Source: Thermodesulfovibrionales bacterium (GTDB lineage: Bacteria > Nitrospirota > Thermodesulfovibrionia > Thermodesulfovibrionales > UBA6898). Taken from it: a stretch of DNA of 24,153 bases. A model generated the notes under the pieces. It had not been told where the DNA came from. It ran no database searches and worked only from the letters and a program-made list of their open reading frames with translations. How positions within the stretch are numbered: the stretch's first letter is position 1; each line of letters opens with the position of its first letter. The position numbers and the translations under genes are program-made. Location: NCBI GenBank assembly GCA_044450345.1, contig JBIOIY010000047.1, forward strand, positions 1-24,153, written 5' to 3'. Positions 1 through 7,957 of this stretch are shown here, one piece after another.

Positions 1-126
1 AAGGACGAAATACCACGACTGATAAAGAACTGCATGAAATCCCGCCAACGATCTCGACAAACTACACTTGAAATAATCAGCTATGAAGAACTTAAAGCGG
101 CATCGGTTGCGCTCGATGCCGCTTAA
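1..126 (+). CDS. 3' end of an unidentified CDS entering from the left edge (…KDEIPRLIKNCMKSRQRSRQTTLEIISYEELKAASVALDAA*)
   Basis: Frame 1 is open from base 1 to TAA at 124-126 and converges on the 156..923 gene. No recognisable domain. Confidence 0.4.
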   Translation, partial: KDEIPRLIKNCMKSRQRSRQTTLEIISYEELKAASVALDAA

Positions 127-155
127 GTTAACACCTATGGGTTTTAAACCCGCCC

Positions 156-923
156 TTACTCTCTGATGACGGGGCTGGCCTTTGCGTCCATCGGGTTCGT
201 CCTTAATGCGAGTGAGAAGAGGTAAGGGTAGTCTCCCTTCAGATGTTCCATATAAGAAAGCCACTCTGAGAGGAGCTGCGTATAGGCCCTGTTGATATCT
301 CCGGTGAGATGGTCGTAATCGGTCTGCGGCAGTCCTTCAAGCGCAGGTCTTGACGCCAGTTCTTCCATAAGGTGGAAGACCGCCCAGAGAAGGTCGGTAA
401 ATGTGTCATGTTCGAGGAGGTTGGGGTTTGCGAGAAGGCTGAGAAGGAACCCCCTCTTGTCTTCGAGGAACCTCTTTAATTTCTTCAGGTCGTTCCGTCT
501 CGAATCTGTCCTCAAGTCTACGGTACGGATCTGCTTCGTCGCAGACGCGAAATCTTTATGTGTCCATGAGTCGGCGACGAGGAGATGCGGGGCCAGTTCA
601 GAGAGGTCGGAACTGAAGTCGGAACAGGATTTCATCAGGTGCGTGCCGACTTCGCTGTAAAAGGCGCCGATGAGCATATTAAGTTTTTTCAGAAGCGCCA
701 GCTTTTCCCTTTCGTTAAGGAGACGTGCGATGATAAATGTCACAAGCAGCACCTGGATTGGGACGAAGGCTATGTCCTGCAGCAGGGAAAAGAATGTGTC
801 CTCAGGCCTGTGAAAAATGACTATCTGGATAAAATAGGCGGCGACGGATATGCCGATCAGGAGACAGGATAATACTACGTACCACTTCAGGCTCTCCTTG
901 TTTCGTTTGCCGAGCATATTCAT
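156..923 (-). CDS. Hypothetical membrane protein (two N-terminal TM helices, helical soluble C-terminus)
   Basis: 255-aa ORF with hydrophobic segments WYVVLSCLLIGISVAAYFIQIVIF and IAFVPIQVLLVTFIIARLL. Function not recognised. Confidence 0.75.
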   Translation of the reverse strand: MNMLGKRNKESLKWYVVLSCLLIGISVAAYFIQIVIFHRPEDTFFSLLQDIAFVPIQVLLVTFIIARLLNEREKLALLKKLNMLIGAFYSEVGTHLMKSCSDFSSDLSELAPHLLVADSWTHKDFASATKQIRTVDLRTDSRRNDLKKLKRFLEDKRGFLLSLLANPNLLEHDTFTDLLWAVFHLMEELASRPALEGLPQTDYDHLTGDINRAYTQLLSEWLSYMEHLKGDYPYLFSLALRTNPMDAKASPVIRE

Positions 924-930
924 TTTTTTT

Positions 931-959
931 AGTTTACCGGAAGAGACAGGGCAGGTCTA
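931..959 (-). promoter_or_regulatory. Putative sigma-70 promoter of the 156..923 gene (probably leaderless mRNA)
   Basis: Minus strand TAGACC-N17-TAAACT, then 7 nt to the ATG at 923. No Shine-Dalgarno. Confidence 0.45.
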
Positions 960-1093
960 GCACCGATTACCCACGAACGCAGCGTAGGATCGCTTTTCGC
1001 TCGTTAGCCATCAGTGCGAATCTTGCAATGAAAGACCGCATGAAAATACAGCTGCGAATTTAAGGACGCATTACCTCCTGCGAGAGACGCGCC

Positions 1094-1306
1094 TTACGCC
1101 TTATTGGTTTTTGTGTCCTGATCGATCGTTTCCTTTTTGCTTTCGAGCAGAGGGTTCTTCTCTTCGGCGGAAAGGGCCTTCTTAAACTCCCTGATACTCT
1201 TGCCCAGGCCTGCCCCTATTTCGGGCAACTTGCCGGGACCGAAAATAATCAGTACGATCGCAAGGATCAGGATCATGTGCATAGGCTGAAATAATCCTTC
1301 AAACAT
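1094..1306 (-). CDS. tatA: Twin-arginine translocase subunit TatA/TatE
   Basis: TM helix, [22 protein letters not shown] hinge and amphipathic helix. GGAGG RBS upstream. Confidence 0.92.
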   Translation of the reverse strand: MFEGLFQPMHMILILAIVLIIFGPGKLPEIGAGLGKSIREFKKALSAEEKNPLLESKKETIDQDTKTNKA

Positions 1307-1416
1307 ATTTTCACCTCCCTACTTTTCTTATTTTACATCATCGGGACGTGAAATTGTCTTTTTTTCTTTCCGAATAATGCCTTTTCTTTAATGACAGCAC
1401 TTAGTCAGGGAACAGA

Positions 1417-2727
1417 CTACAAAGTGTAACCGCTCTCTTCGTGCTGGGTCAGATCGAGGCCCATGACCTCCTCTTCGTCGGATAGCCGAAGTCCGATCGT
1501 CTTTTCTATAAGTTTCAGCATTATAAAAGTGACGGTAAAGGAATAGAAAGCTGCGACGGCCACGGCCATCCCCTGGACGGCGAGCTGATGAGCATTGCCA
1601 AAGAACAGGCCGTCCGCTCCCGCGCTATTGATTAACTTCTGCGCAAAGAACCCGGCGCAGATAGTCCCCAGAATTCCGCCTACGCCGTGGACTCCAAAGG
1701 CGTCGAGTGAATCGTCATACCCCAGTTTGCCTTTGAGATTCAGCGCGGTGTAACAGGCCGCGCCGGCAAGCAAGCCGATAATGAGCGAAGACATCGGTCC
1801 GACAAAACCCGAGGCCGGGGTTATCGTTGCGAGTCCCGCTATGGAACCTGTTGCTGCGCCGAACATGGTAGGCTTTCCTCTGTGGAGCCATTCGATAATG
1901 ACCCATATCAATGTTGCCGACACGGCGGCGATATGCGTGGTCACGAACGCGATCGTACTGAGGGCGCCCGCCGCAAGTGCGCTCCCCCCGTTGAACCCGA
2001 ACCAGCCGAACCAAAGCAGCCCCGCCCCCAGGACCGTCATCGGCAGATTGTGAGGCGGCATGGGTTCATGAAGGTACCCTTTTCTTTTCCCTATGACTAA
2101 GGCGGCTGCAAGGGCTGACAACCCTGACGTAGCATGGACGACTATGCCCCCTGCAAAATCCAGTACTCCGAGGCCTTTCATCCAGCCGCCGGTCCCCCAT
2201 ACCCAGTGGGCCACCGGATCGTAGACAAGGGTCGTCCATAACAAGATGAATATGAGATACGCCGAAAATTTTATCCTCTCGGCGATTGCCCCGCTGATAA
2301 GGGCCGGTGTGATCATCGCAAACATCGCCTGATAAATCATAAACGCCAGGTGGGGAACCGTGGGCGCATAGTCCGGGTTCGGTACGGTCCCGACACCCCG
2401 CAGAAATGCCCAATCCAGTCCCCCGATGATGCCTTTAATATCCGGCCCAAAAGAAAAGCTGTATCCAATGAGGACCCATTGCATGCTCACAATGGCGATG
2501 GCGATAAAACTGTGCATAATGGTGCCCAATACATTTTTTTTCCTGGCCATGCCCCCATAAAACATGGCAAGCCCGGGGGTCATGAGCATTACGAGGGCGG
2601 CCGACAGAAGGACGAACGCCGTATCACCAGTGTCTATTTTCGTGTCAACCTGGGCGTAAACGCTCATTGGGATGAGAAACAGAATCGCCGGCAAAAATAC
2701 AGCAGACAGGATCATTCTTTTCTTCAT
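1417..2727 (-). CDS. amtB: Ammonium transporter (Amt family) with N-terminal signal peptide
   Basis: Motifs GDTAF..LMTPGLAMFYGG, DFAGGIVVH, LLWFGWFGFNGGS, DDSLDAFGVHGVGG and C-terminal GLDLTQHEE. Twin-His pair present. GAGGAG RBS. Confidence 0.97.
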   Translation of the reverse strand: MKKRMILSAVFLPAILFLIPMSVYAQVDTKIDTGDTAFVLLSAALVMLMTPGLAMFYGGMARKKNVLGTIMHSFIAIAIVSMQWVLIGYSFSFGPDIKGIIGGLDWAFLRGVGTVPNPDYAPTVPHLAFMIYQAMFAMITPALISGAIAERIKFSAYLIFILLWTTLVYDPVAHWVWGTGGWMKGLGVLDFAGGIVVHATSGLSALAAALVIGKRKGYLHEPMPPHNLPMTVLGAGLLWFGWFGFNGGSALAAGALSTIAFVTTHIAAVSATLIWVIIEWLHRGKPTMFGAATGSIAGLATITPASGFVGPMSSLIIGLLAGAACYTALNLKGKLGYDDSLDAFGVHGVGGILGTICAGFFAQKLINSAGADGLFFGNAHQLAVQGMAVAVAAFYSFTVTFIMLKLIEKTIGLRLSDEEEVMGLDLTQHEESGYTL

Positions 2728-2785
2728 CGATAACTCCTCTTTATTGAGATATCCCTTTCGTAGGCATAGAGATCTTCAAGAAAGA

Positions 2786-2801
2786 AGCGAAAGTCGTGCC
2801 A
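2786..2801 (-). promoter_or_regulatory. Sigma-54 (-24/-12) promoter of amtB
   Basis: Minus strand TGGCACGACTTTCGCT (GG-N10-GC), about 60 bp upstream of the amtB ATG. Confidence 0.75.
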
Positions 2802-2855
2802 GATGATAACCGCTTGATTCATGCCCGAAGGATGGCGACGCGTAGCTGTGACTAG

Positions 2856-2958
2856 CGACAAAAATGTAGGCTTTTCTCGGGCCGCGAACGTATTTATGCT
2901 GAAAAAACGCAGAGATATCTGCAGTAGCTACAAAAATGTTCTAACTACATAAATGTAG
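2856..2958. promoter_or_regulatory. Three palindromic sites, putative enhancer for a sigma-54 activator
   Basis: CGACA-AAAA-TGTAG (2856-2869), CTACA-AAAA-TGTTC (2928-2941) and CTACA-TAAA-TGTAG (2945-2958), 55-157 bp upstream of the -24 box. Confidence 0.6.
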
Positions 2959-3108
2959 CTACTATTCCGGTGACAATAATGCCGTATTAAGGCATTCTGT
3001 TGCCCCGGCCCTAATGCAAAAGGACCGATTTGCCGGAAACTCCTCCCTTTTTCATCTTGCCGGGCTTTTCATCCGGCTACGTGCGGTTTATGAGCCTCTA
3101 CCAGGACA

Positions 3109-3124
3109 TGCCAAAAGCGTGCCA
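3109..3124 (-). promoter_or_regulatory. Second sigma-54-like promoter oriented toward amtB
   Basis: Minus strand TGGCACGCTTTTGGCA (GG-N10-GC). Confidence 0.5.
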
Positions 3125-3198
3125 GCTATACCTTGTGAGGAAATTCGCAATGGTGACCATGTATAATGAGTCATGCATTGCTGCAGTGAGGTGAATAT

Positions 3199-3972
3199 AT
3201 GTACCCGGTACTTATAAGGCTGGGACCGCTCACTATACATACGTACGGCGTTCTTATCGCAACGGCTTTTTTGATCGCCCTTTGCCTCGCAGTCAGCCAG
3301 GCAGGAAAACGAGGCATCGCCTACGAAAAGGTCGTTGACCAGGCCTTTTATACCCTGGTCGCCGGCCTCGTCGGTTCCCGGTTGTTTTTTATCGCGACGA
3401 ACTGGCCTTATTATGCGGCCCACCCGCTGGACACGGTTAAAATTTGGGAAGGTGGACTCGTCTTTTATGGGGGCGTATTGCTGGCCTTGCCGACTGCCGT
3501 CTGGCTTGCGAAAAAAGCCGCTCTCCCTTTATGGGAAGCCGCCGACATATGGGCGCCTTCGATCGCCCTCGGACATGCCATCGGCCGTCTGGGCTGTTTT
3601 TGTGCCGGATGCTGTTACGGTAAACCCGCAGAGGGTCTGCCCTGGGCCGTTATCTTCAGGAACGCCGATTCCCTCGCGGTGAAGGGAGTACCTCTCCATC
3701 CGGCGCAGCTCTATGAATCGGCAGGGGAGGTCCTTAACTTCCTGATCCTCATCACGCTGAGACGCCGCCAGGCATTCAGAGGACAGCTGTTTTGGGTCTA
3801 TATCTTGAATTATTCCATTATCAGGTCTGTGGTGGAGATCTTCCGGGGAGACGAGGTGAGAGGCTTCATCGGGGGCGGTATTTCGATTTCACAGGGCATA
3901 AGCGTGGTGATGTTTGCCTCGTCTCTGGCGATGCTGAGACTGCTTGGGAGAGGCCGGCGCGCGGAGGCATAA
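3199..3972 (+). CDS. lgt: Prolipoprotein diacylglyceryl transferase
   Basis: IHTYG, GSRL, IWEGGLVFYGG, AIGRLGCF.AGCCYG, HPAQLYES and RSVVEIFRGD motifs. GAGGTG RBS. Confidence 0.95.
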   Translation: MYPVLIRLGPLTIHTYGVLIATAFLIALCLAVSQAGKRGIAYEKVVDQAFYTLVAGLVGSRLFFIATNWPYYAAHPLDTVKIWEGGLVFYGGVLLALPTAVWLAKKAALPLWEAADIWAPSIALGHAIGRLGCFCAGCCYGKPAEGLPWAVIFRNADSLAVKGVPLHPAQLYESAGEVLNFLILITLRRRQAFRGQLFWVYILNYSIIRSVVEIFRGDEVRGFIGGGISISQGISVVMFASSLAMLRLLGRGRRAEA

Positions 3973-4077
3973 TCCTTCTGTTGATAGGCGGAGTTGCGGA
4001 TTATTCCGGGGAAGGTACAATAGAGCAGATGGCTTCCGCCTTTTTTAGATGGAAACCGTATATGAAGGGAGAAAACG

Positions 4078-5274
4078 TTGATCGGATTAAAGGATGTAAG
4101 CGAGGCGGCAGAAAGGGTCGGTCCCTTTATTCATAAGACCCCCCTGGTCTATTCGAATTCGTTCAGCGGGATGACCGGAGCCGATATTTTTCTCAAAGCA
4201 GAAAACCTTCAGAAAACCGGCTCCTTCAAGGTGAGAGGCGCGTTCAACAGGATCGTAGACGTCCGTGGGGACAAGGTGATTGCTGCCTCGATGGGCAACC
4301 ACGCGCAGGGGGTCGCCTTCGCGGCCGGGAGACTCGGTAAAAGGGCAAAAATCGTAATGCCTGTCACGGCCCCCATAGTCAAACAGGAAGCGACAAGGGG
4401 CTACGGAGCAGAGGTAATATTGCACGGCGACAGTTTCAGCGAGGCCCTGGATTACGCGCTTTCCCATAAAGACCATGAGTTTATACATGCCTTCGACGAC
4501 GACGCAATCATTGCGGGTCAGGGGACTGTCGGACTGGAGATCGCAGAGGGACTTAGAGACGCCGACTATGTCCTGGTGCCGGTCGGGGGTGGCGGCCTCG
4601 TTTCAGGGGTCGCAACAGCATTGAAATCGCTGTCTCCCGGGACGAAGATCATAGGTGTTCAGACAGCTGCAGCTCCTTCGGCATATGTCTCGTTCAGAGA
4701 TAAAAAGGTTTCCGAGCGGCCGCCTCATGCGACCATAGCCGACGGCATCGCAGTGGGCAGGGTGGGCGAGAGGCCTTTCGAGATTATCAGGAACTATGTG
4801 GACGATATGCTCCTGGTTGAAGAGGATGATGTCGCCATGTCCATCCTCTTGTTTCTAGAACGGAAGAAACTGGTGGTCGAGGGCGCAGGGGCCGTGGCCC
4901 TGGCTGCCCTGCTCGCAAATAAAAAAATGTTCGAGGGCAGGAAGGTAGTGCTTATTGTAAGCGGGGGGAATATCGACTTTACGCTTATCGACAGGATAAT
5001 ACATAAGGGCCTTGTGAGCAGTGGCCGGATAGGGGTGTTTGAGGTCACGGTTGACGATGTCCCCGGCAGACTCCAATCGCTCGCAGGGATCATAGCCGAC
5101 CGGAGGGGGAATATCCTGAACGTCGTGCATGACAGGTTGTCCCCCGACCTTCCGGTTGTCAAGACAAGGGTGATATTTACCGTCGAGACAAAAGGGAGAG
5201 GCCATCTTGAGGAGATCCTTTCTGCCCTGCAGGAAAAAGGGTTTGAATTGAGAAAGAGGGAGGGTGTCTCATAA
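4078..5274 (+). CDS. ilvA: Threonine ammonia-lyase (PLP-dependent, single C-terminal ACT domain)
   Basis: KAENLQKTGSFKVRGA PLP-lysine motif, GNHAQGVA, PVGGGGL, SGGNID and ACT-like DVPGRL. TTG start with GGGAG RBS. Confidence 0.92.
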   Translation: MIGLKDVSEAAERVGPFIHKTPLVYSNSFSGMTGADIFLKAENLQKTGSFKVRGAFNRIVDVRGDKVIAASMGNHAQGVAFAAGRLGKRAKIVMPVTAPIVKQEATRGYGAEVILHGDSFSEALDYALSHKDHEFIHAFDDDAIIAGQGTVGLEIAEGLRDADYVLVPVGGGGLVSGVATALKSLSPGTKIIGVQTAAAPSAYVSFRDKKVSERPPHATIADGIAVGRVGERPFEIIRNYVDDMLLVEEDDVAMSILLFLERKKLVVEGAGAVALAALLANKKMFEGRKVVLIVSGGNIDFTLIDRIIHKGLVSSGRIGVFEVTVDDVPGRLQSLAGIIADRRGNILNVVHDRLSPDLPVVKTRVIFTVETKGRGHLEEILSALQEKGFELRKREGVS

Positions 5275-5354
5275 CCAGTGAGCAAGTAAGTGGGCAAGCC
5301 ATTCCCTGATCCTGGGAAACAAAGGTCTTTTCCTCCACTCTCCCCACTGAATCT

Positions 5355-5496
5355 GGCATTCCGTCTCTCATAGAGTTTCGTCCCTGATTTCAGGAAGGTC
5401 GGAGTAATAGTACTTGCCCGCGTAAAACGCGATCGGGGAATCGCTCATGCCGGGAAGAATAATCGTTACGTTGACGCCGCGTTTGGCCGCATCGGT
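5355..5496 (-). pseudogene. Internal fragment of a cardiolipin synthase / phospholipase D family gene with a frameshift
   Basis: Minus strand reads TDAAKRGVNVTIILPGMSDSPIAFYAGKYYYSDL, then after one extra C near 5394, LKSGTKLYERRNA. This matches the segment before the second HKD motif of Cls. No start codon and no HKD motif remain. Confidence 0.7.
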
Positions 5497-5502
5497 CTTG
5501 AT

Positions 5503-5530
5503 TTGACATTACAAGGTCACGAGCTATAAT
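5503..5530 (+). promoter_or_regulatory. Sigma-70 promoter of the OB-fold gene
   Basis: Perfect TTGACA-N16-TATAAT, 30 nt upstream of the ATG at 5561. Confidence 0.75.
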
Positions 5531-5560
5531 TATTTCAACGGGAAAGGAAATAAGATAGTC

Positions 5561-5932
5561 ATGTCAAGAAACGTCATAATAGCGATTGTAATAGTAATGA
5601 TCATTGCGATAGGGGGCGGGGCATGGTATTACTCCAGCAGGGTCCGCCACGCCGAGATTGAAAAGATCCTCAGCAATCCGAGGGAGTACGAAGGGAAAGT
5701 AGTCACTATTGAAGGAGAAGTCACAGACCGGACGGCATTTTTTGTAGTGGTAAAATTTTTTAAGGTCAAAGACAAAACAGGAGAAATAACGGTTGTTACC
5801 AGGAGAACCTTGCCTGCGATAAAATCAACAGTCCGTGTAAAGGGCAGGATAGACGGGGCGTTTGCAGTCGGCGATCAGAAGCTTGTCGTGTTCGTCGAAG
5901 AGTCTATCGATGAAAAGGCCGGGAACAAGTAA
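5561..5932 (+). CDS. Membrane-anchored OB-fold protein, function unknown
   Basis: N-terminal TM helix followed by the OB-fold-like pattern YEGKVVTIEGEV…FKVKDKTGEITVV…VRVKGRI. Confidence 0.7.
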   Translation: MSRNVIIAIVIVMIIAIGGGAWYYSSRVRHAEIEKILSNPREYEGKVVTIEGEVTDRTAFFVVVKFFKVKDKTGEITVVTRRTLPAIKSTVRVKGRIDGAFAVGDQKLVVFVEESIDEKAGNK

Positions 5933-6082
5933 AAGATAAGGCTTGAAAGAGGCCAAAAGATCGATGGAAAACGCAAATAAATCTATGCTCTCCAATTGCA
6001 ACCGCACAGGGAGCGTGCAGACGTAAATTGGAGGGGCATCGTGATACCCTCTTCGGAACCAAGATGAAAGGTGAGAGAAAAA

Positions 6083-6739
6083 ATGGCTGAAACGTTCGTA
6101 TTCAGGGAGTGCGTGAGTCTTATCAAATCTACCGGTAGGATGGCGACCCGCCTCAGTGAATTTAAGGATATGTTGTCCCTTGTGCCCGACGAATCCATAT
6201 TCCATCATACGTGCCAGTACTTTTTGAGGAGTCCCGGTCTTGAGTATACTAATGATTTCGCGCATTGGGCGGGCGAAAACCTCGGAGAAAGGGTGCTCGC
6301 GGAGTACCTCTCTAACATAGACCCCTATGAGTACACCACTATCGGAGATTTGAGGAAGGGGTTGCTCGGCGTCATAGATGTCTACCTCGAAAAATTTCCC
6401 GAACCAAGGGAGACGCTCCCTGGCGAGGAATTCTATTTCGACGAGGCGGTGACTATGATATTCCCGGCCGGGATCAGGGCCCGGAATCTCGCCGAATTCC
6501 TCACGGGCATCACGTATGTAGACTCAAACTCCATTTACTACCACTTTTATGAAGCGAAAATGCGCCTCGGGAGTGCCGTCGATGATTTTTCGAGGTGGCT
6601 GGAAGAGAGTCTGGGCAAGAAAGAACTGGCCGCAAAGATAAGGTCGATAGACCCCTTCATGCACAGTGTTGAGGGGATCAGGGAGCACCTGGTTGAAGAG
6701 ATTGAGAAAGAACTCCGAAAAGACATGGAGGAGGTTTAA
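6083..6739 (+). CDS. DUF5752-like protein (internally duplicated), first gene of the trehalose cluster
   Basis: Two homologous halves (F.F.EC..…SIFHH…NDFAHW…IDPY / F.F.EA..…SIYYH…DDFSRW…IDPF). ATG at 6083 is preferred to GTG at 6071. Lies 2 nt from treT. Family name is from recall. Confidence 0.72.
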   Translation: MAETFVFRECVSLIKSTGRMATRLSEFKDMLSLVPDESIFHHTCQYFLRSPGLEYTNDFAHWAGENLGERVLAEYLSNIDPYEYTTIGDLRKGLLGVIDVYLEKFPEPRETLPGEEFYFDEAVTMIFPAGIRARNLAEFLTGITYVDSNSIYYHFYEAKMRLGSAVDDFSRWLEESLGKKELAAKIRSIDPFMHSVEGIREHLVEEIEKELRKDMEEV

Positions 6740-6741
6740 CC

Positions 6742-7953
6742 ATGCTGTCCGGTTACTCAGGAATATCTCCCAAGAGTGATCTCACTCTCTTAAAAAGGCT
6801 TGCGGATAAACTGAGAGGGCGGACCTTTCTCCATGTGAATTCCACTCGCGCAGGCGGCGGCGTCGCTGAAATTCTCCAGAGGATGCTCCCGATACTGGAG
6901 AACATCGGCATCAATGTCAGATGGGAGGTCCTCGAAGGGGACGAGCGGTTCTTCGACATCACGAAGAAGATACATAATGCCCTTCAAGGCAATGCCGAGA
7001 CGATCACCCGCGAGATGTGGGACTACCATTTCGATGTGAATAAGAGGAACGCCGGGAGGCTGAACCTCGAGGCGGATGCGGTGCTCATCCATGACCCCCA
7101 ACCCGCTCCCCTTATCGAGTACAGAAAAGCCGGGACCTGGATGTGGCGCTGCCATATAGATCTTTCGAGTCCGGCCCGCGAAGTATTCGATTTTATCAGA
7201 CGGTATTGCGAGCGGTATGACGCGGCCATCTTCTCGGTAGCACGTTTTGCAAAGTCGATGCCGATTGACGAATTTATAATCACTCCATCTATAGACCCTC
7301 TCAGCGACAAGAACAGGGACCTGACAGAGAGCGAAATACGAGAGACCGTAGAAAGGCTTAATATTCCCCTGGACAAGCCGGTCATCCTTCAGGTCTCCCG
7401 GTTCGACAGGTTCAAGGACCCGCTCGGCGTTCTGCAGGCTTTCCTGAGCATCAAGAAATACAATGACTGCATCCTCGTCCTCGCAGGGAGCCCCGCAACC
7501 GATGACCCCGAAGGGGAGGCGGTACTGAAGGAAGTGCGGGAGCAGGCAGCCGATGATCCGGACATTTACATATTGCTGTTGCCGCCTTACAGCGATAGGG
7601 ACATAAATGCCCTGCAGCGCATTGCAGCCGTAGTATTCCAGAAATCCGTCAGGGAGGGCTTTGGTCTCACCGTATCAGAGGCCATGTGGAAAGGGAAGGC
7701 GGTCGTGGCCGGCGCTGCCGGGGGAATCCCCGTCCAGATCACCCATGGTGTTAACGGGTTTCTCGTCAATTCTGTGGAGGGCGCCGCGTTCAGGGCCAGG
7801 CAACTCCTTAACAATCCCGAAATGGTGAAGAAGATGGGGGAAAATGCGAGAGAATATGTGAGAAAGAATTTCCTCATCACAAGGCAGACCAGGGATTACC
7901 TCTCCGCGTGGTATTCCATTGAAAATAAAGGCACGAGCGTATTGGAGCTATAG
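6742..7953 (+). CDS. treT: Trehalose glycosyltransferring synthase (GT4, TreT-type)
   Basis: HVNSTRAGGGVAEIL, TKKIHNALQG, IHDPQP, WRCHID, QVSRFDRFKDP, DDPEG and QKSVREGFGLTVSEAMWK motifs. GGAGGAGG RBS. Confidence 0.85.
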   Translation: MLSGYSGISPKSDLTLLKRLADKLRGRTFLHVNSTRAGGGVAEILQRMLPILENIGINVRWEVLEGDERFFDITKKIHNALQGNAETITREMWDYHFDVNKRNAGRLNLEADAVLIHDPQPAPLIEYRKAGTWMWRCHIDLSSPAREVFDFIRRYCERYDAAIFSVARFAKSMPIDEFIITPSIDPLSDKNRDLTESEIRETVERLNIPLDKPVILQVSRFDRFKDPLGVLQAFLSIKKYNDCILVLAGSPATDDPEGEAVLKEVREQAADDPDIYILLLPPYSDRDINALQRIAAVVFQKSVREGFGLTVSEAMWKGKAVVAGAAGGIPVQITHGVNGFLVNSVEGAAFRARQLLNNPEMVKKMGENAREYVRKNFLITRQTRDYLSAWYSIENKGTSVLEL

Positions 7954-7957
7954 TTCG

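Noticed and set aside
85..150. C-terminus …VALDAA* resembling a tmRNA tag
   Set aside because: No tRNA-like 3' end follows and the frame is open from the window edge. At most an ssrA-like degron on an ordinary protein.
968..1082. Minus-strand GGAGG followed by MRP* and a 24-aa ORF (MRSFIARFALMANERKAILRCVRG) after tatA
   Set aside because: The SD is too close to the first ATG and too far from the second. No recognisable similarity.
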